DNA from: Bacteroidales bacterium
GTDB lineage: Bacteria > Bacteroidota > Bacteroidia > Bacteroidales > UBA1715
Reading direction: 5' to 3'
Assembly: GCA_031286165.1 (NCBI GenBank)
Contig: JAITUU010000015.1
Coordinates: 1,558 to 65,557, forward strand
DNA length: 64,000 nucleotides
Shown: piece after piece, positions 29,087 to 38,152 of the stretch
How positions within the stretch are numbered: position 1 is the first letter of the stretch
Layout of the letters: every line of letters begins with the position of its first letter
Position numbers and translations under genes: made by a program
The notes under the pieces: model-generated
What the model was told of the DNA's origin: nothing
The model's input: the letters and a program-made list of their open reading frames with translations, nothing else
The model's database searches: none

Positions 29087-29794
29087 ATGCTCAAAATCTA
29101 TCCTCATATTGGCACTGTGGAAATTGTGGCAAATAAACGCCTGACACGCATTAGTTTGAAAGTGGGAAAATCGGGCGTACCGCAACTTTCTATGCCGCAC
29201 CTGCGCTATTTGCCCGATGCTGAGGCGTTTTTACTGCAAAAATCGGCATGGATAGAGAGTGCAAAGCGCAAAATAGCGCAGCGCACACCAAAACAAACGC
29301 TGTTTTCCGCCGGCGACACTCTTACGCCGCAACACAGTTTGCGTTTTGTGCAAGTAGAATATACGCAGAGAGTACGCGCAAAAATTAGCGAAACGGAAGT
29401 TATAGTGTTTCACGCGCCGCAGGTAGAGAGCGGCGATTACCGTGTGCAGGAGTGTGTAGCAAAAGCACGCGAGCAGGCATTGGTGAATATGGCGCAGATG
29501 CACATTCCTTCGCGATTGCAAAAACTTGCACAAGACTATCATTTTACTTACGCACAGTGCAAGATTTCGCGAGCAAAAGGTCGCTGGGGTAGTTGCTCTC
29601 ACGCCAATAGTATTTCTATCAGTTGTTACATTATGCTGCTGCCGCCGCATTTGATTGATTTTATTTTGCTCCACGAACTTACGCACAGTATTCATAAAAA
29701 TCATGGTGCCGCCTTTCATGCCTACTTGCAACGCTTGCTGCCAAAACCCGAAAAAGACTACGAACAGGAAATTCGGAAATACTCCATTCGATAG
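29087..29794 (+). CDS. YgjP/DUF45 (M48-like) zinc metallohydrolase
   Basis: KGRWGSCS, ILLHELTH, NHGAAF; own -7 box at 29058-29065. Confidence 0.88.
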   Translation: MLKIYPHIGTVEIVANKRLTRISLKVGKSGVPQLSMPHLRYLPDAEAFLLQKSAWIESAKRKIAQRTPKQTLFSAGDTLTPQHSLRFVQVEYTQRVRAKISETEVIVFHAPQVESGDYRVQECVAKAREQALVNMAQMHIPSRLQKLAQDYHFTYAQCKISRAKGRWGSCSHANSISISCYIMLLPPHLIDFILLHELTHSIHKNHGAAFHAYLQRLLPKPEKDYEQEIRKYSIR

Positions 29795-29857
29795 TATTTT
29801 TAAGTATAAATACGAATAGTGGGGTAAAATTTTTGCTGTACTTTTGCAATTCAAATA

Positions 29858-29942
29858 GATTGCTTCACTATGTTCGCAATGACGCTTTTTTCTCATCATT
29901 ACCTTCGATGAGGGCTACACCGTTGCGAGGAACGAAGCAATC
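29858..29942. repeat. GATTGCTTC REP-like doublet with 24-nt nested module (copy 2)
   Basis: gattgcttcactatgttcgcaatgac ... tcatt[accttcgatgagggctacaccgtt]gcgaggaacgaagcaatc. Confidence 0.8.
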
Positions 29943-29959
29943 CGGAAAGGAACTAACAA

Positions 29960-30451
29960 ATGACAACGAACGAACTGTTTGCACTGAATGAAATAATTGG
30001 CGCACAATTACGTGCGAAAAATGCAAGTCTTGCCACTGCCGAAAGTTGCACCGGCGGAGCCGTAGCACAGAGTATTACGGCAATTTCGGGTTGTTCGGCA
30101 TATTTCAAAGGCAGTGTGGTGGCGTATTCCAACGAAGTAAAACAAAATCTGTTGCACGTGCCGGAGTTTATTATTACATCGCACGGCGCGGTGAGCAAGG
30201 AGTGTGTGCAGGCAATGGCGCAGAATTGCCGCAGAATTTTCAATACCACTTACGCTATAGCCACCAGCGGCATAGCCGGACCGGGCGGCGGCACTGACGA
30301 AAAACCGGTGGGCACGGTGTGGATTGCTGTTGCCGCGCCACAGGGAATCGTGTCGCACAAATGCGCATTTTCCGGCACTCGCGCACACATAGTGGAGCAA
30401 ACGCTGCTTGTCTCGCTGCAAATGCTCCTTCACGAAGTAGAACAACAATAA
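29960..30451 (+). CDS. pncC: CinA C-terminal domain protein (NMN deamidase)
   Basis: ATAESCTGG, GAVSKE, SGIAGPGGGTDEKPVGTVW. Confidence 0.88.
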   Translation: MTTNELFALNEIIGAQLRAKNASLATAESCTGGAVAQSITAISGCSAYFKGSVVAYSNEVKQNLLHVPEFIITSHGAVSKECVQAMAQNCRRIFNTTYAIATSGIAGPGGGTDEKPVGTVWIAVAAPQGIVSHKCAFSGTRAHIVEQTLLVSLQMLLHEVEQQ

Positions 30452-30467
30452 ATAGTAGAATTTTCGT

Positions 30468-31421
30468 ATGATACAACAACTGATAGCCGACATTAAAGCC
30501 GGTGCCGAAATAGATTTTGAAACGGCTTGCAAACTTGCAGAATATGCAAACAAAGAAGAACTTTACGAGGGCGCAAATACCTTACGCGAATATTTTTGCA
30601 ATGCCGCGCTGCAACTTTGCTCTATAACCAACGCAAAATCGGGGCTGTGCAGCGAAAATTGCAAGTGGTGTAGTCAGTCGGCACACAACAAGTGTAAGAT
30701 AGATATTTACGATAGTATAGACAAAAATACCGCCGTAGCGCAGGCAGTGGCAAATGGCAAAGCCGGTGTGCACAGGCACGGATTGGTAACAAGCGGACGC
30801 ACCGTATCGCCGCAAACGTTGCAAAATTGTGTTTCGATTTATCGCGAAATTGCACAAAAATCGCCCATAAAACTATGTGCTTCAATGGGTTTACTCACAA
30901 AAGAACAGTTGCAGGAATTGAAAGATGCCGGAGTAACGCGCTATCACTGTAATTTGGAAACTGCGCCATCGTTTTTCCCGAACTTGTGCAGCACTCACAG
31001 CGTTGAAGAAAAAATTGCAACTATTCGTGCTGCGCAAGCAATTGGTTTGGAAGTGTGTTCGGGCGGCATTATCGGTATGGGCGAAACTATGGCACAACGC
31101 ATAGAATTGGCACTCGCACTACGCGATTTAGGTATTCGTTCCATTCCTATCAATATTTTGAATCCCATAGAAGGCACACCGCTTTTTGGCATGCCGCCAC
31201 TTTCTGATGAGGAAATTCTTACAAGTTTTGCACTCTTCCGTTTTATCAATCCGCGAGCCTATTTGCGCTTTGCCGGCGGACGACTTTCTATTCAACACTT
31301 GCAGGGGAAAGCACTCAAATCGGGCATTAATGCTTCTATTACCGGCGATATGCTCACCACGCACGGTGTGCAGGTGCAAGACGATGTGAATACATTTCGC
31401 GCAGCAGGCTTTGTTATTTAA
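30468..31421 (+). CDS. bioB: Biotin synthase
   Basis: NAKSGLCSENCKWCSQS, YHCNLET, CSGGIIGMGE, RFAGGR. Confidence 0.96.
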   Translation: MIQQLIADIKAGAEIDFETACKLAEYANKEELYEGANTLREYFCNAALQLCSITNAKSGLCSENCKWCSQSAHNKCKIDIYDSIDKNTAVAQAVANGKAGVHRHGLVTSGRTVSPQTLQNCVSIYREIAQKSPIKLCASMGLLTKEQLQELKDAGVTRYHCNLETAPSFFPNLCSTHSVEEKIATIRAAQAIGLEVCSGGIIGMGETMAQRIELALALRDLGIRSIPINILNPIEGTPLFGMPPLSDEEILTSFALFRFINPRAYLRFAGGRLSIQHLQGKALKSGINASITGDMLTTHGVQVQDDVNTFRAAGFVI

Positions 31422-32478
31422 TGTTGATTGTATTGAGCCACGCTTGGTAGGATTTTGCGTAGCGTAGGTGTTCATCGTAGGTTTTGGTAAACTGATGATG
31501 ATTGGAATTGATTTTGGCGCAATAGAAAAAATAATTGTGATTTTCGGCATTGAGCACGGCATCAATATCTACTTTTTGCGGAGTGCAAATGGGTCCGGGC
31601 GGTAAACCGGCAACGGCATAGGTGTTGTAGGGCGAATGTGCGGTAGCATCTTTGTGTTTATTGAGCACGCGCTTAATGGAAAAATCGCCCAAAGCGTATT
31701 TTATGGTAGGGTCCACTTGCAAGCGTTGGTGCGTGCGCAAGCGATTGAGCAATACGCCGGCTATGCGTGGTTTTTCGTCATTTTTATTGGTTTCTTGATT
31801 GATAATTGACGCCATAGTCATTACTTGCTGCGGCGTTAAACCTATTTTTTTCGCCTGCGCTAAGCGTTCTTCATTCCAAAACAGTGTGGATTCTTTGTGC
31901 ATACGTTCCATAAATTGCCGTGCGCTTGTGTTCCATTTGAATTGGTAGGTATCGGGAATAAAAAGTGTAATAATGTTCGCTTTATTCACGCCCAGCGAAT
32001 CGAGAAAATCCTTGTTGGTAAAGAGTTCATCGAAATCTTCTTGCGTAGCCTCCAACTGTTTGCTTGCTTGGGCTGCCACATCGTGCGCATAGCGAGCAAA
32101 TGAAAGCGTAAAATTCACATATTCGCGCTTACCCGACCGAAAAAGAATCAATAAATCTTTGTTACTCATACCGTTGCGCAGTTTATACAAGCCGGGAGAT
32201 GGCGGATTTTTTAGTATCAAATTTGCCAAAAATGCGAAACTACGGCTATTGCCCATATCGAGTTCATCGCGCAATTTTTGCGTGAGCGATTCGTAGGTGG
32301 AACCGGTGGGTACGGCAAAGAGATAATATTCTTCGCCGTTTGGCGTGGTTATGCTGGGGCGCAAAAGAGCGTTGTAGGTAAATAAACACAATGCAAAAAA
32401 CACAATTCCAAAAAACAAAAACCGATTCTGTTTTCCCGATTTTCCCGTACTTTTTTTTGCTGCCTTTTTTTGTGCCAT
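31414..32478 (-). CDS. mltG: Endolytic transglycosylase MltG
   Basis: PDTY, MASIINQE, LQVDPT, SPYNTY, GLPPGPI. Confidence 0.93.
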   Translation of the reverse strand: MAQKKAAKKSTGKSGKQNRFLFFGIVFFALCLFTYNALLRPSITTPNGEEYYLFAVPTGSTYESLTQKLRDELDMGNSRSFAFLANLILKNPPSPGLYKLRNGMSNKDLLILFRSGKREYVNFTLSFARYAHDVAAQASKQLEATQEDFDELFTNKDFLDSLGVNKANIITLFIPDTYQFKWNTSARQFMERMHKESTLFWNEERLAQAKKIGLTPQQVMTMASIINQETNKNDEKPRIAGVLLNRLRTHQRLQVDPTIKYALGDFSIKRVLNKHKDATAHSPYNTYAVAGLPPGPICTPQKVDIDAVLNAENHNYFFYCAKINSNHHQFTKTYDEHLRYAKSYQAWLNTINIK

Positions 32479-32517
32479 AGGTTGTTATAAATTATCTACT
32501 CAAAGTATTGCCATAGA

Positions 32518-32543
32518 GATTGCTTCACTTCGTTCGCAATGCC
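32518..32543. repeat. Solo GATTGCTTC REP-like arm
   Basis: gattgcttcacttcgttcgcaatg. Confidence 0.7.
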
Positions 32544-32586
32544 GTTTTGCATTTGTTGAAGAAACAATTAACCATCAATTAGTACG

Positions 32587-33606
32587 TCAATTTGCTGCTT
32601 GAAATTGTTTGATAAATCGCAAATCGTTTTCAAAAAACAGGCGAATATCTTTGATTTGATATTTGAGCATGGCTATGCGTTCTACGCCCATACCAAAGGC
32701 AAAACCGCTATATACTTTGCTGTCGATTCCGCAATTTGTGAGTACGTTGGGGTCCACCATACCGCAGCCCAAAATTTCTACCCAACCGCTGTGTTTACAC
32801 ACGCCGCAGCCTTTTCCGCCGCAAAGCGAGCACGAAATATCCATTTCTGCCGAAGGTTCGGTGAAGGGGAAATAGGAGGGACGAAGGCGAATTTGCGTGT
32901 CGGCACCAAACATTTCTTTGGCAAAAAACAGCAGCGTTTGTTTCAAATCGGCGAAGGATACATCTTTGTCGATATACAAACCCTCCACTTGGTGGAAAAT
33001 ACAGTGTGCACGCGCCGAAATTGCCTCGTTGCGAAACACCCTACCGGGAAACACGGCGCGAATGGGCGGTTGTGTTTTTTCCATTACGCGCACTTGCACG
33101 CTCGAAGTGTGGGTACGGAGCAATATATCGGGATTTTTTTCAATAAAAAATGTATCCTGCATATCGCGAGCAGGATGTTCTTCGGGAAAATTGAGCGCAC
33201 TGAATACGTGCCAATCGTCCTCAATTTCCTGTCCTTCGGCTACGGTGAACCCTATGCGCGAAAAAATGTCGATAATTTGTTTTTTGATAATAGAAAGCGG
33301 ATGACGACTGCCCAACTGCAAAGGATTGCCGGGAAGGCTAAGGTCTATATCGAGTGTTTGATTTTCGGCAGAAGAAAATGCCGCAGTGAGTTCATCGAAT
33401 TTTGCTTGCGCTTCTTGTTTGAGAATATTGATGCGTGCGCCAATTTCTTTTTTCTGTTCGTTCGGCACGTTTTTAAATTCCGCAAAGAGATTGTTTAATT
33501 CCCCTTTTTTCGATAAATACGCAAGGCGAAATTGTTCTACATCGCTACTCGACTGTGCGGTAAATGCTGCGATTGCGGCACTGAGCGTTTCAATTTTTTG
33601 TAACAT
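32587..33606 (-). CDS. pheS: Phenylalanyl-tRNA synthetase alpha subunit
   Basis: HPARDMQDTF, LRTHTS, FHQVEG, YFPFTEPS, GFAFGMGVER. Confidence 0.97.
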   Translation of the reverse strand: MLQKIETLSAAIAAFTAQSSSDVEQFRLAYLSKKGELNNLFAEFKNVPNEQKKEIGARINILKQEAQAKFDELTAAFSSAENQTLDIDLSLPGNPLQLGSRHPLSIIKKQIIDIFSRIGFTVAEGQEIEDDWHVFSALNFPEEHPARDMQDTFFIEKNPDILLRTHTSSVQVRVMEKTQPPIRAVFPGRVFRNEAISARAHCIFHQVEGLYIDKDVSFADLKQTLLFFAKEMFGADTQIRLRPSYFPFTEPSAEMDISCSLCGGKGCGVCKHSGWVEILGCGMVDPNVLTNCGIDSKVYSGFAFGMGVERIAMLKYQIKDIRLFFENDLRFIKQFQAAN

Positions 33607-33611
33607 TTCGG

Positions 33612-34274
33612 TTATTTTAAAATCACAATTTTGGTAATTATAATATCTTCCAGCGGGCGATTGGCGGCATTGGTGGGTTGCGAGGCTATGAGGTCTATAA
33701 TTTCAAGTCCTTTTATTACTTCGCCAAATACGGTATATTGCCCGTCTAAAAAGGGAGTGCCGCCAATGGTTGTATAAATATTTTGTTGATATTCGTTATA
33801 ATCCTGTACTTGCGCCGCAGGAATTTTTTTGCCCTGTACTATGTAGAATTGCGAACCGGACGATGCTTTTTGCGGATTAACTTGGTCGCCCATGCGAGCC
33901 GCAGCCAGCGCGCCTTTGCGGTGAAAAAGCGTTTGGTGAAATTCCGCCGGAATGGTGTAGCCCGGTCCGCCTGTGCCAAGTTGTGCTCCGGCAGGTGTAT
34001 TTTTAGAATTTGGGTCGCCGCCTTGAATCATAAATCCTGAAATAACGCGGTGAAAGAGCAAACTATCGTAAAATCCTTCCTGCGCAAGTTTTATAAAATT
34101 ATCGCGGTGCAGCGGCGTTTCGTTGTAGAGTTTCACGGTCATCACGCCTTTATTGGTGTGAATTTCCACAAGTGTTTCTTTTTCTTTTGGATTTTTGGTG
34201 TTCAGCGCAAATACTACGCCCGAAATGCAGAGCAAGGCTGCGGTGATAATAGAAATGATGTGTTGTTTTTTCAT
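33612..34274 (-). CDS. Cyclophilin-type peptidyl-prolyl isomerase (exported)
   Basis: FHRVISGFMIQGGDP, SSGSQFYIV, LDGQYTVFGEV; N-terminal signal peptide. Confidence 0.93.
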   Translation of the reverse strand: MKKQHIISIITAALLCISGVVFALNTKNPKEKETLVEIHTNKGVMTVKLYNETPLHRDNFIKLAQEGFYDSLLFHRVISGFMIQGGDPNSKNTPAGAQLGTGGPGYTIPAEFHQTLFHRKGALAAARMGDQVNPQKASSGSQFYIVQGKKIPAAQVQDYNEYQQNIYTTIGGTPFLDGQYTVFGEVIKGLEIIDLIASQPTNAANRPLEDIIITKIVILK

Positions 34275-34342
34275 TTGTGTAGGTTTTTTTATTGTTCGCA
34301 AAAGTACGATTTAATTGAAAACTGAAAACTGAAAACTGAAAA

Positions 34343-35977
34343 TTATTTTTTCTCCAATTCGCGCAAATGCGCCATTTTTTTTGTTGTCAAAAATTCCGAA
34401 ATACCACAGAGGTGTTCTTTCACTCGTTTGTTGCCAAATTCATATACTTTTGTAACCAAGCCGTCTAAAAAATCGCGGTCGTGCGACACCAAAATCAGCG
34501 TGCCATCGTAATCTTTCAGAGCCGATTTCAGTACATCTTTGGTGCGCATATCTAAGTGATTGGTGGGTTCATCGAGAATGAGCATATTCACCGGATTGAG
34601 CAGGAGTTTTATCATGGCAAGGCGCGTGCGTTCGCCACCCGAAAGCACTTTTACTTTTTTGGTCCAACTTTCGCCGCCAAACATAAATGCACCCAAAATA
34701 TCTTTGATTTTGCTGCGAATATCGCCCACTGCTACATCGTCTATGGTTTGAAATACGGTTTTTTCTTCGTCTAAAAGCGAGGCTTCGTTTTGCGCAAAAT
34801 AGCCAATGTGCACATTGTGCCCAATGGAAAGTTTTCCTTCAAAATCAATTGTGTTCATAATCGACTGTATCATGGTAGATTTTCCTTCACCGTTTTTACC
34901 CACAAAGGCAACTTTTTCGCCGCGCGAAATGGTGAAATTTGCACCGGAATACACTCTGTGTTCTCCGTAGGTTTTGCCTACATTATCGGCAATTACAGGA
35001 TAATTGCCCGACCGCTCGCAGGGTGGAAATTTGAGCCTCAGGGCAGAAGTATCTTCTTCATCAACCTCCAAAACTTGCAGTTTTTCGAGCATTTTTACCC
35101 TACTTTGCACTTGCAGTGTTTTTGAGTAGGTTCCCTTAAAGCGTTCAATAAATTCGGTGGTTTCTGCTATCATTTTTTGCTGTTCGTCCACCGCTTTTTG
35201 TTGCTGTTCGCGGCGTTCGGAGCGCAGTTGTAAGTAAGAGGAATAATTCACTTTGTAATCGTAAATTCTGCCCATAGTAACTTCTATGGTGCGAGTGGTA
35301 ATGTTGTCCACAAAGGTGCGGTCGTGCGAAATTACCACTACCGCTTTGCCGCTTTGAATTAAAAAATCTTCAAACCACTGAATAGATTCTATATCCATGT
35401 GGTTGGTGGGTTCGTCTAAGAGTATGAGGTCGGGTTTTTGCAAAAGAATTTTTGCAAGTTCTATGCGCATACGCCAGCCGCCACTGAAATCGCCGGTGGG
35501 GCGAGTAAAATCTTCGCGTGAAAATCCCAAACCGATGAGAATTTTTTCAACTTCGGCATCGTAGTTAATTTCTTCTATGCTGTAAAATCGCTCGCTCAGA
35601 GCCGACACATCTTCTATAATTTTCATGTATTCGTCTGATTCGTAATCAGTGCGCGTGGCGAGTTGATTGTTGAGGTCGTCTATTTGCTGCTGCATGGCAA
35701 AAATTGCGGCAAACGCCTGCGATGCTTCCTCGAACACCGTGCGTTTGTTTTCGGTCATCAGGTGCTGCGGCAGGTAGGCTACGGTTTTATCTTTGGGCAC
35801 CACCACTTTACCTGCCGAAGGCTGCTGCACGCCGGCTAAAATTTTGAGCAAGGTAGATTTTCCCGCGCCGTTTTTGCCCATGAGCGCAATGCGGTCTTTT
35901 TCGTTGATTACAAAATTGATGTTGGAAAACAAAGTGCTGCCGCCAAATTCCACGGCTAAATTATCGACTGAAACCAT
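34343..35977 (-). CDS. ABC-F family ATPase
   Basis: Two ABC domains (GKNGAGKST, SGGW, LDEPTNH twice), no TM segments. Confidence 0.93.
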   Translation of the reverse strand: MVSVDNLAVEFGGSTLFSNINFVINEKDRIALMGKNGAGKSTLLKILAGVQQPSAGKVVVPKDKTVAYLPQHLMTENKRTVFEEASQAFAAIFAMQQQIDDLNNQLATRTDYESDEYMKIIEDVSALSERFYSIEEINYDAEVEKILIGLGFSREDFTRPTGDFSGGWRMRIELAKILLQKPDLILLDEPTNHMDIESIQWFEDFLIQSGKAVVVISHDRTFVDNITTRTIEVTMGRIYDYKVNYSSYLQLRSERREQQQKAVDEQQKMIAETTEFIERFKGTYSKTLQVQSRVKMLEKLQVLEVDEEDTSALRLKFPPCERSGNYPVIADNVGKTYGEHRVYSGANFTISRGEKVAFVGKNGEGKSTMIQSIMNTIDFEGKLSIGHNVHIGYFAQNEASLLDEEKTVFQTIDDVAVGDIRSKIKDILGAFMFGGESWTKKVKVLSGGERTRLAMIKLLLNPVNMLILDEPTNHLDMRTKDVLKSALKDYDGTLILVSHDRDFLDGLVTKVYEFGNKRVKEHLCGISEFLTTKKMAHLRELEKK

Positions 35978-36070
35978 AGTTGTATTTTGAGCGGCAAAGA
36001 TACACTTTTTTAGATACAAGATTATTAGATATAAGAAACGAGCAATAAGTACAGAGAATAGAGTACAGTG

Positions 36071-36120
36071 AAAATAATTCGTAATTACTAATTGTTAATT
36101 CACAATTTTGTGTACTTTTG
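36071..36120 (+). promoter_or_regulatory. Heptamer-array promoter of the RelE/HigA pair
   Basis: aaaat aattcgt aattact aattgtt aattcac aattttg tg TACTTTTG. Confidence 0.65.
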
Positions 36121-36164
36121 TTATACGGTATTATTGTGCTAATGAGCAATAATGTAACGAAAGA

Positions 36165-36496
36165 ATGACGGAAAGAACCATAACAGCATATAAAAATTAC
36201 TTTTTAGATTTTATTCAATCGCTTGATGCAAATGTATCTAAAAAGATATTTTATGTGCTTGATATGCTCAAATCGCAAAATAGAATTTCCGAAAATTTAT
36301 TAAATATATTCGTGAAGGAGTATATGAATTACGTTCGGAATATGAAGGAAACATCTATCGCGTTTTCTTTTGTTTTGATAAAGGTAATGTGGTAATTCTT
36401 TTCAATGGATTTCAAAAGAAAACACAGAAAACTCCCGAAAAAGAAATTAAAAAGGCAATAACATTAAAGAATGAATATTATGCACATAAAGAATGA
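36165..36496 (+). pseudogene. RelE/ParE (Gp49/HigB-like) toxin, split by a -1 frameshift at about 36293
   Basis: Frame 0 reads ...DMLKSQNRISE. The -1 frame continues KFIKYIREGVYELRSEYEGNIYRVFFCFDKGNVVILFNGFQKKTQKTPEKEIKKA to TGA at 36494-36496. Confidence 0.88.
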
Positions 36497-36779
36497 TAAT
36501 CTCACAAGTATAGATGATATAATGGATAATCTCTATGGAAAAGTTGGTACGCCGGAGCGTGAAGCATTTCGGAGTGAAGCATATACTCATTGTGTGGGAG
36601 AAGTAATACATGAAATTCGCAAAGCCGAAAAAATAAGTCAATCGGAACTTGCCAATAGAGTAGGTTTGAAAAAATCGTATATTTCAAAAATAGAGAAGGG
36701 GATTATAGAACCAAGCGTATCTACGTTTTACCGCATTGCCAATGCCTTAGGACGTTCAGTGGAATTATTACCTGCGTGA
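36480..36779 (+). CDS. HigA-like XRE/HTH antitoxin
   Basis: YGKVGTPEREAF, IRKAEKISQSELANRVGLKKSYISKIEKG. Confidence 0.88.
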   Translation: MHIKNDNLTSIDDIMDNLYGKVGTPEREAFRSEAYTHCVGEVIHEIRKAEKISQSELANRVGLKKSYISKIEKGIIEPSVSTFYRIANALGRSVELLPA

Positions 36780-36808
36780 TTTTTTATTTTCCAAAATTCT
36801 TTTTCGTT

Positions 36809-38092
36809 ATGACAATACAAAATTTTTATACCGAGATTTTTCTCAATCACCCCACTATTTCTACCGATTCGCGCAGTATTACGCCCGGTTGTGTGTTTTT
36901 CGCGCTTTCGGGCGAAAATTTTAATGGCAATACCTTTGCTGCGCAGGCAATAGAGCAGGGGGCAGCCTATGCGGTGGTGGACGATACCAATTTGGCATCA
37001 AACGAACGTTGCATTGTAGTGGAACATGTATTGCAATTTTTACAACAAGTAGCCGCCTATCATAGAAGGCAGTGTAGGGCAAAAATTATTGCCATTACCG
37101 GCACCAATGGAAAAACTACTACCAAAGAATTGATTTCGGCTGTGTTGTCGCAAAAATTCAATACCATTAACACGCTGGGAAATTTGAATAATCACATAGG
37201 AGTACCGCTCACGCTGCTGCGCATTACTGCCGACACAGAAATTGCCATAGTGGAAATGGGTGCCAATCACGAAAAGGAAATCGCGTTTTTGTGCTCCATT
37301 GCACAACCCGATTACGGGATTATTACCAACGTGGGCAAGGCGCATTTGCAGGGGTTTGGCAGTTTCGAGGGGGTTATTCGTACCAAAACAGAACTGTATG
37401 ACAGTATAAAAGCACATGGAGGCACTATATTTCAAGATTTTGACAATGAAATTTTGCGTGCAAACGATAAAGAAATTACCAACTGTGTGTCGTATGCCTT
37501 CAATGCTGATGCGCAGTACAGAGGCGAACTTGTGCGCACATCGCTCTTTGCGGCGTTTTGTTTTGTGCATGGCGGCTCGCGCACGTTTATACAATCGAAC
37601 CTTTTCGGCGAATACAATGCCAAAAATATGCTCGCTGCGGCGGCTATCGGGGCGTATTTCGGTGTGTCCGATAAAGCAATACAAACAGCGATAGAACATT
37701 ACACGCCCACCAATAATCGCTCACAACTGCAAAAAACAGCGCACAATACCTTGATTTTAGATGCCTACAATGCCAATCCTACGAGTATGCGTGCGGCTAT
37801 TGAGGCATTTGCGCAGGTGGAGCAAGCGCACAAAACCCTTATTTTGGGCGAAATGTTTGAATTGGGCGAAGATGCCCAAAAAGAACATCAAGCAATTATA
37901 AAACTCATTGATTCATTGAAGTTTACATCGGTATTTTTGGTGGGGAATTGGCACGCGCACACGCACTACAATCATTTTGCCACTGCGCACGATTTAAAAA
38001 CCTACCTTACCGCTCACCCACTCAAACAGCAATACATATTTATAAAAGGTTCGCGCGGTGTGAAGTTGGAAACGGTGGTGGACGTTTTGTAA
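36809..38092 (+). CDS. murF: UDP-N-acetylmuramoyl-tripeptide--D-Ala-D-Ala ligase
   Basis: STDSR, ITGTNGKTTTKE, NLNNHIGVP, DAYNANPTSM, KGSRG. Confidence 0.96.
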   Translation: MTIQNFYTEIFLNHPTISTDSRSITPGCVFFALSGENFNGNTFAAQAIEQGAAYAVVDDTNLASNERCIVVEHVLQFLQQVAAYHRRQCRAKIIAITGTNGKTTTKELISAVLSQKFNTINTLGNLNNHIGVPLTLLRITADTEIAIVEMGANHEKEIAFLCSIAQPDYGIITNVGKAHLQGFGSFEGVIRTKTELYDSIKAHGGTIFQDFDNEILRANDKEITNCVSYAFNADAQYRGELVRTSLFAAFCFVHGGSRTFIQSNLFGEYNAKNMLAAAAIGAYFGVSDKAIQTAIEHYTPTNNRSQLQKTAHNTLILDAYNANPTSMRAAIEAFAQVEQAHKTLILGEMFELGEDAQKEHQAIIKLIDSLKFTSVFLVGNWHAHTHYNHFATAHDLKTYLTAHPLKQQYIFIKGSRGVKLETVVDVL

Positions 38093-38152
38093 TGGGATAC
38101 AAGATTTTTAAACAGCAGACACAAGCACTAAGATTTTAGACTTTCTGACGTA

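Noticed and set aside
28989-29794. leuS N-terminal half hidden upstream by a frameshift
   Set aside because: The upstream DNA is a ~100-bp divergent promoter region followed by an intact opposite-strand YgjP-like gene. Minus-strand ORFs 28805-29023 and 29231-29899 show no LeuRS motifs.
32599-33498. 299-aa plus-strand ORF
   Set aside because: It is antisense to pheS and has no independent coding signal.
19069-38092. Two MurF-like genes
   Set aside because: A murF-alr fusion alongside a stand-alone murF is usual in Bacteroidota.
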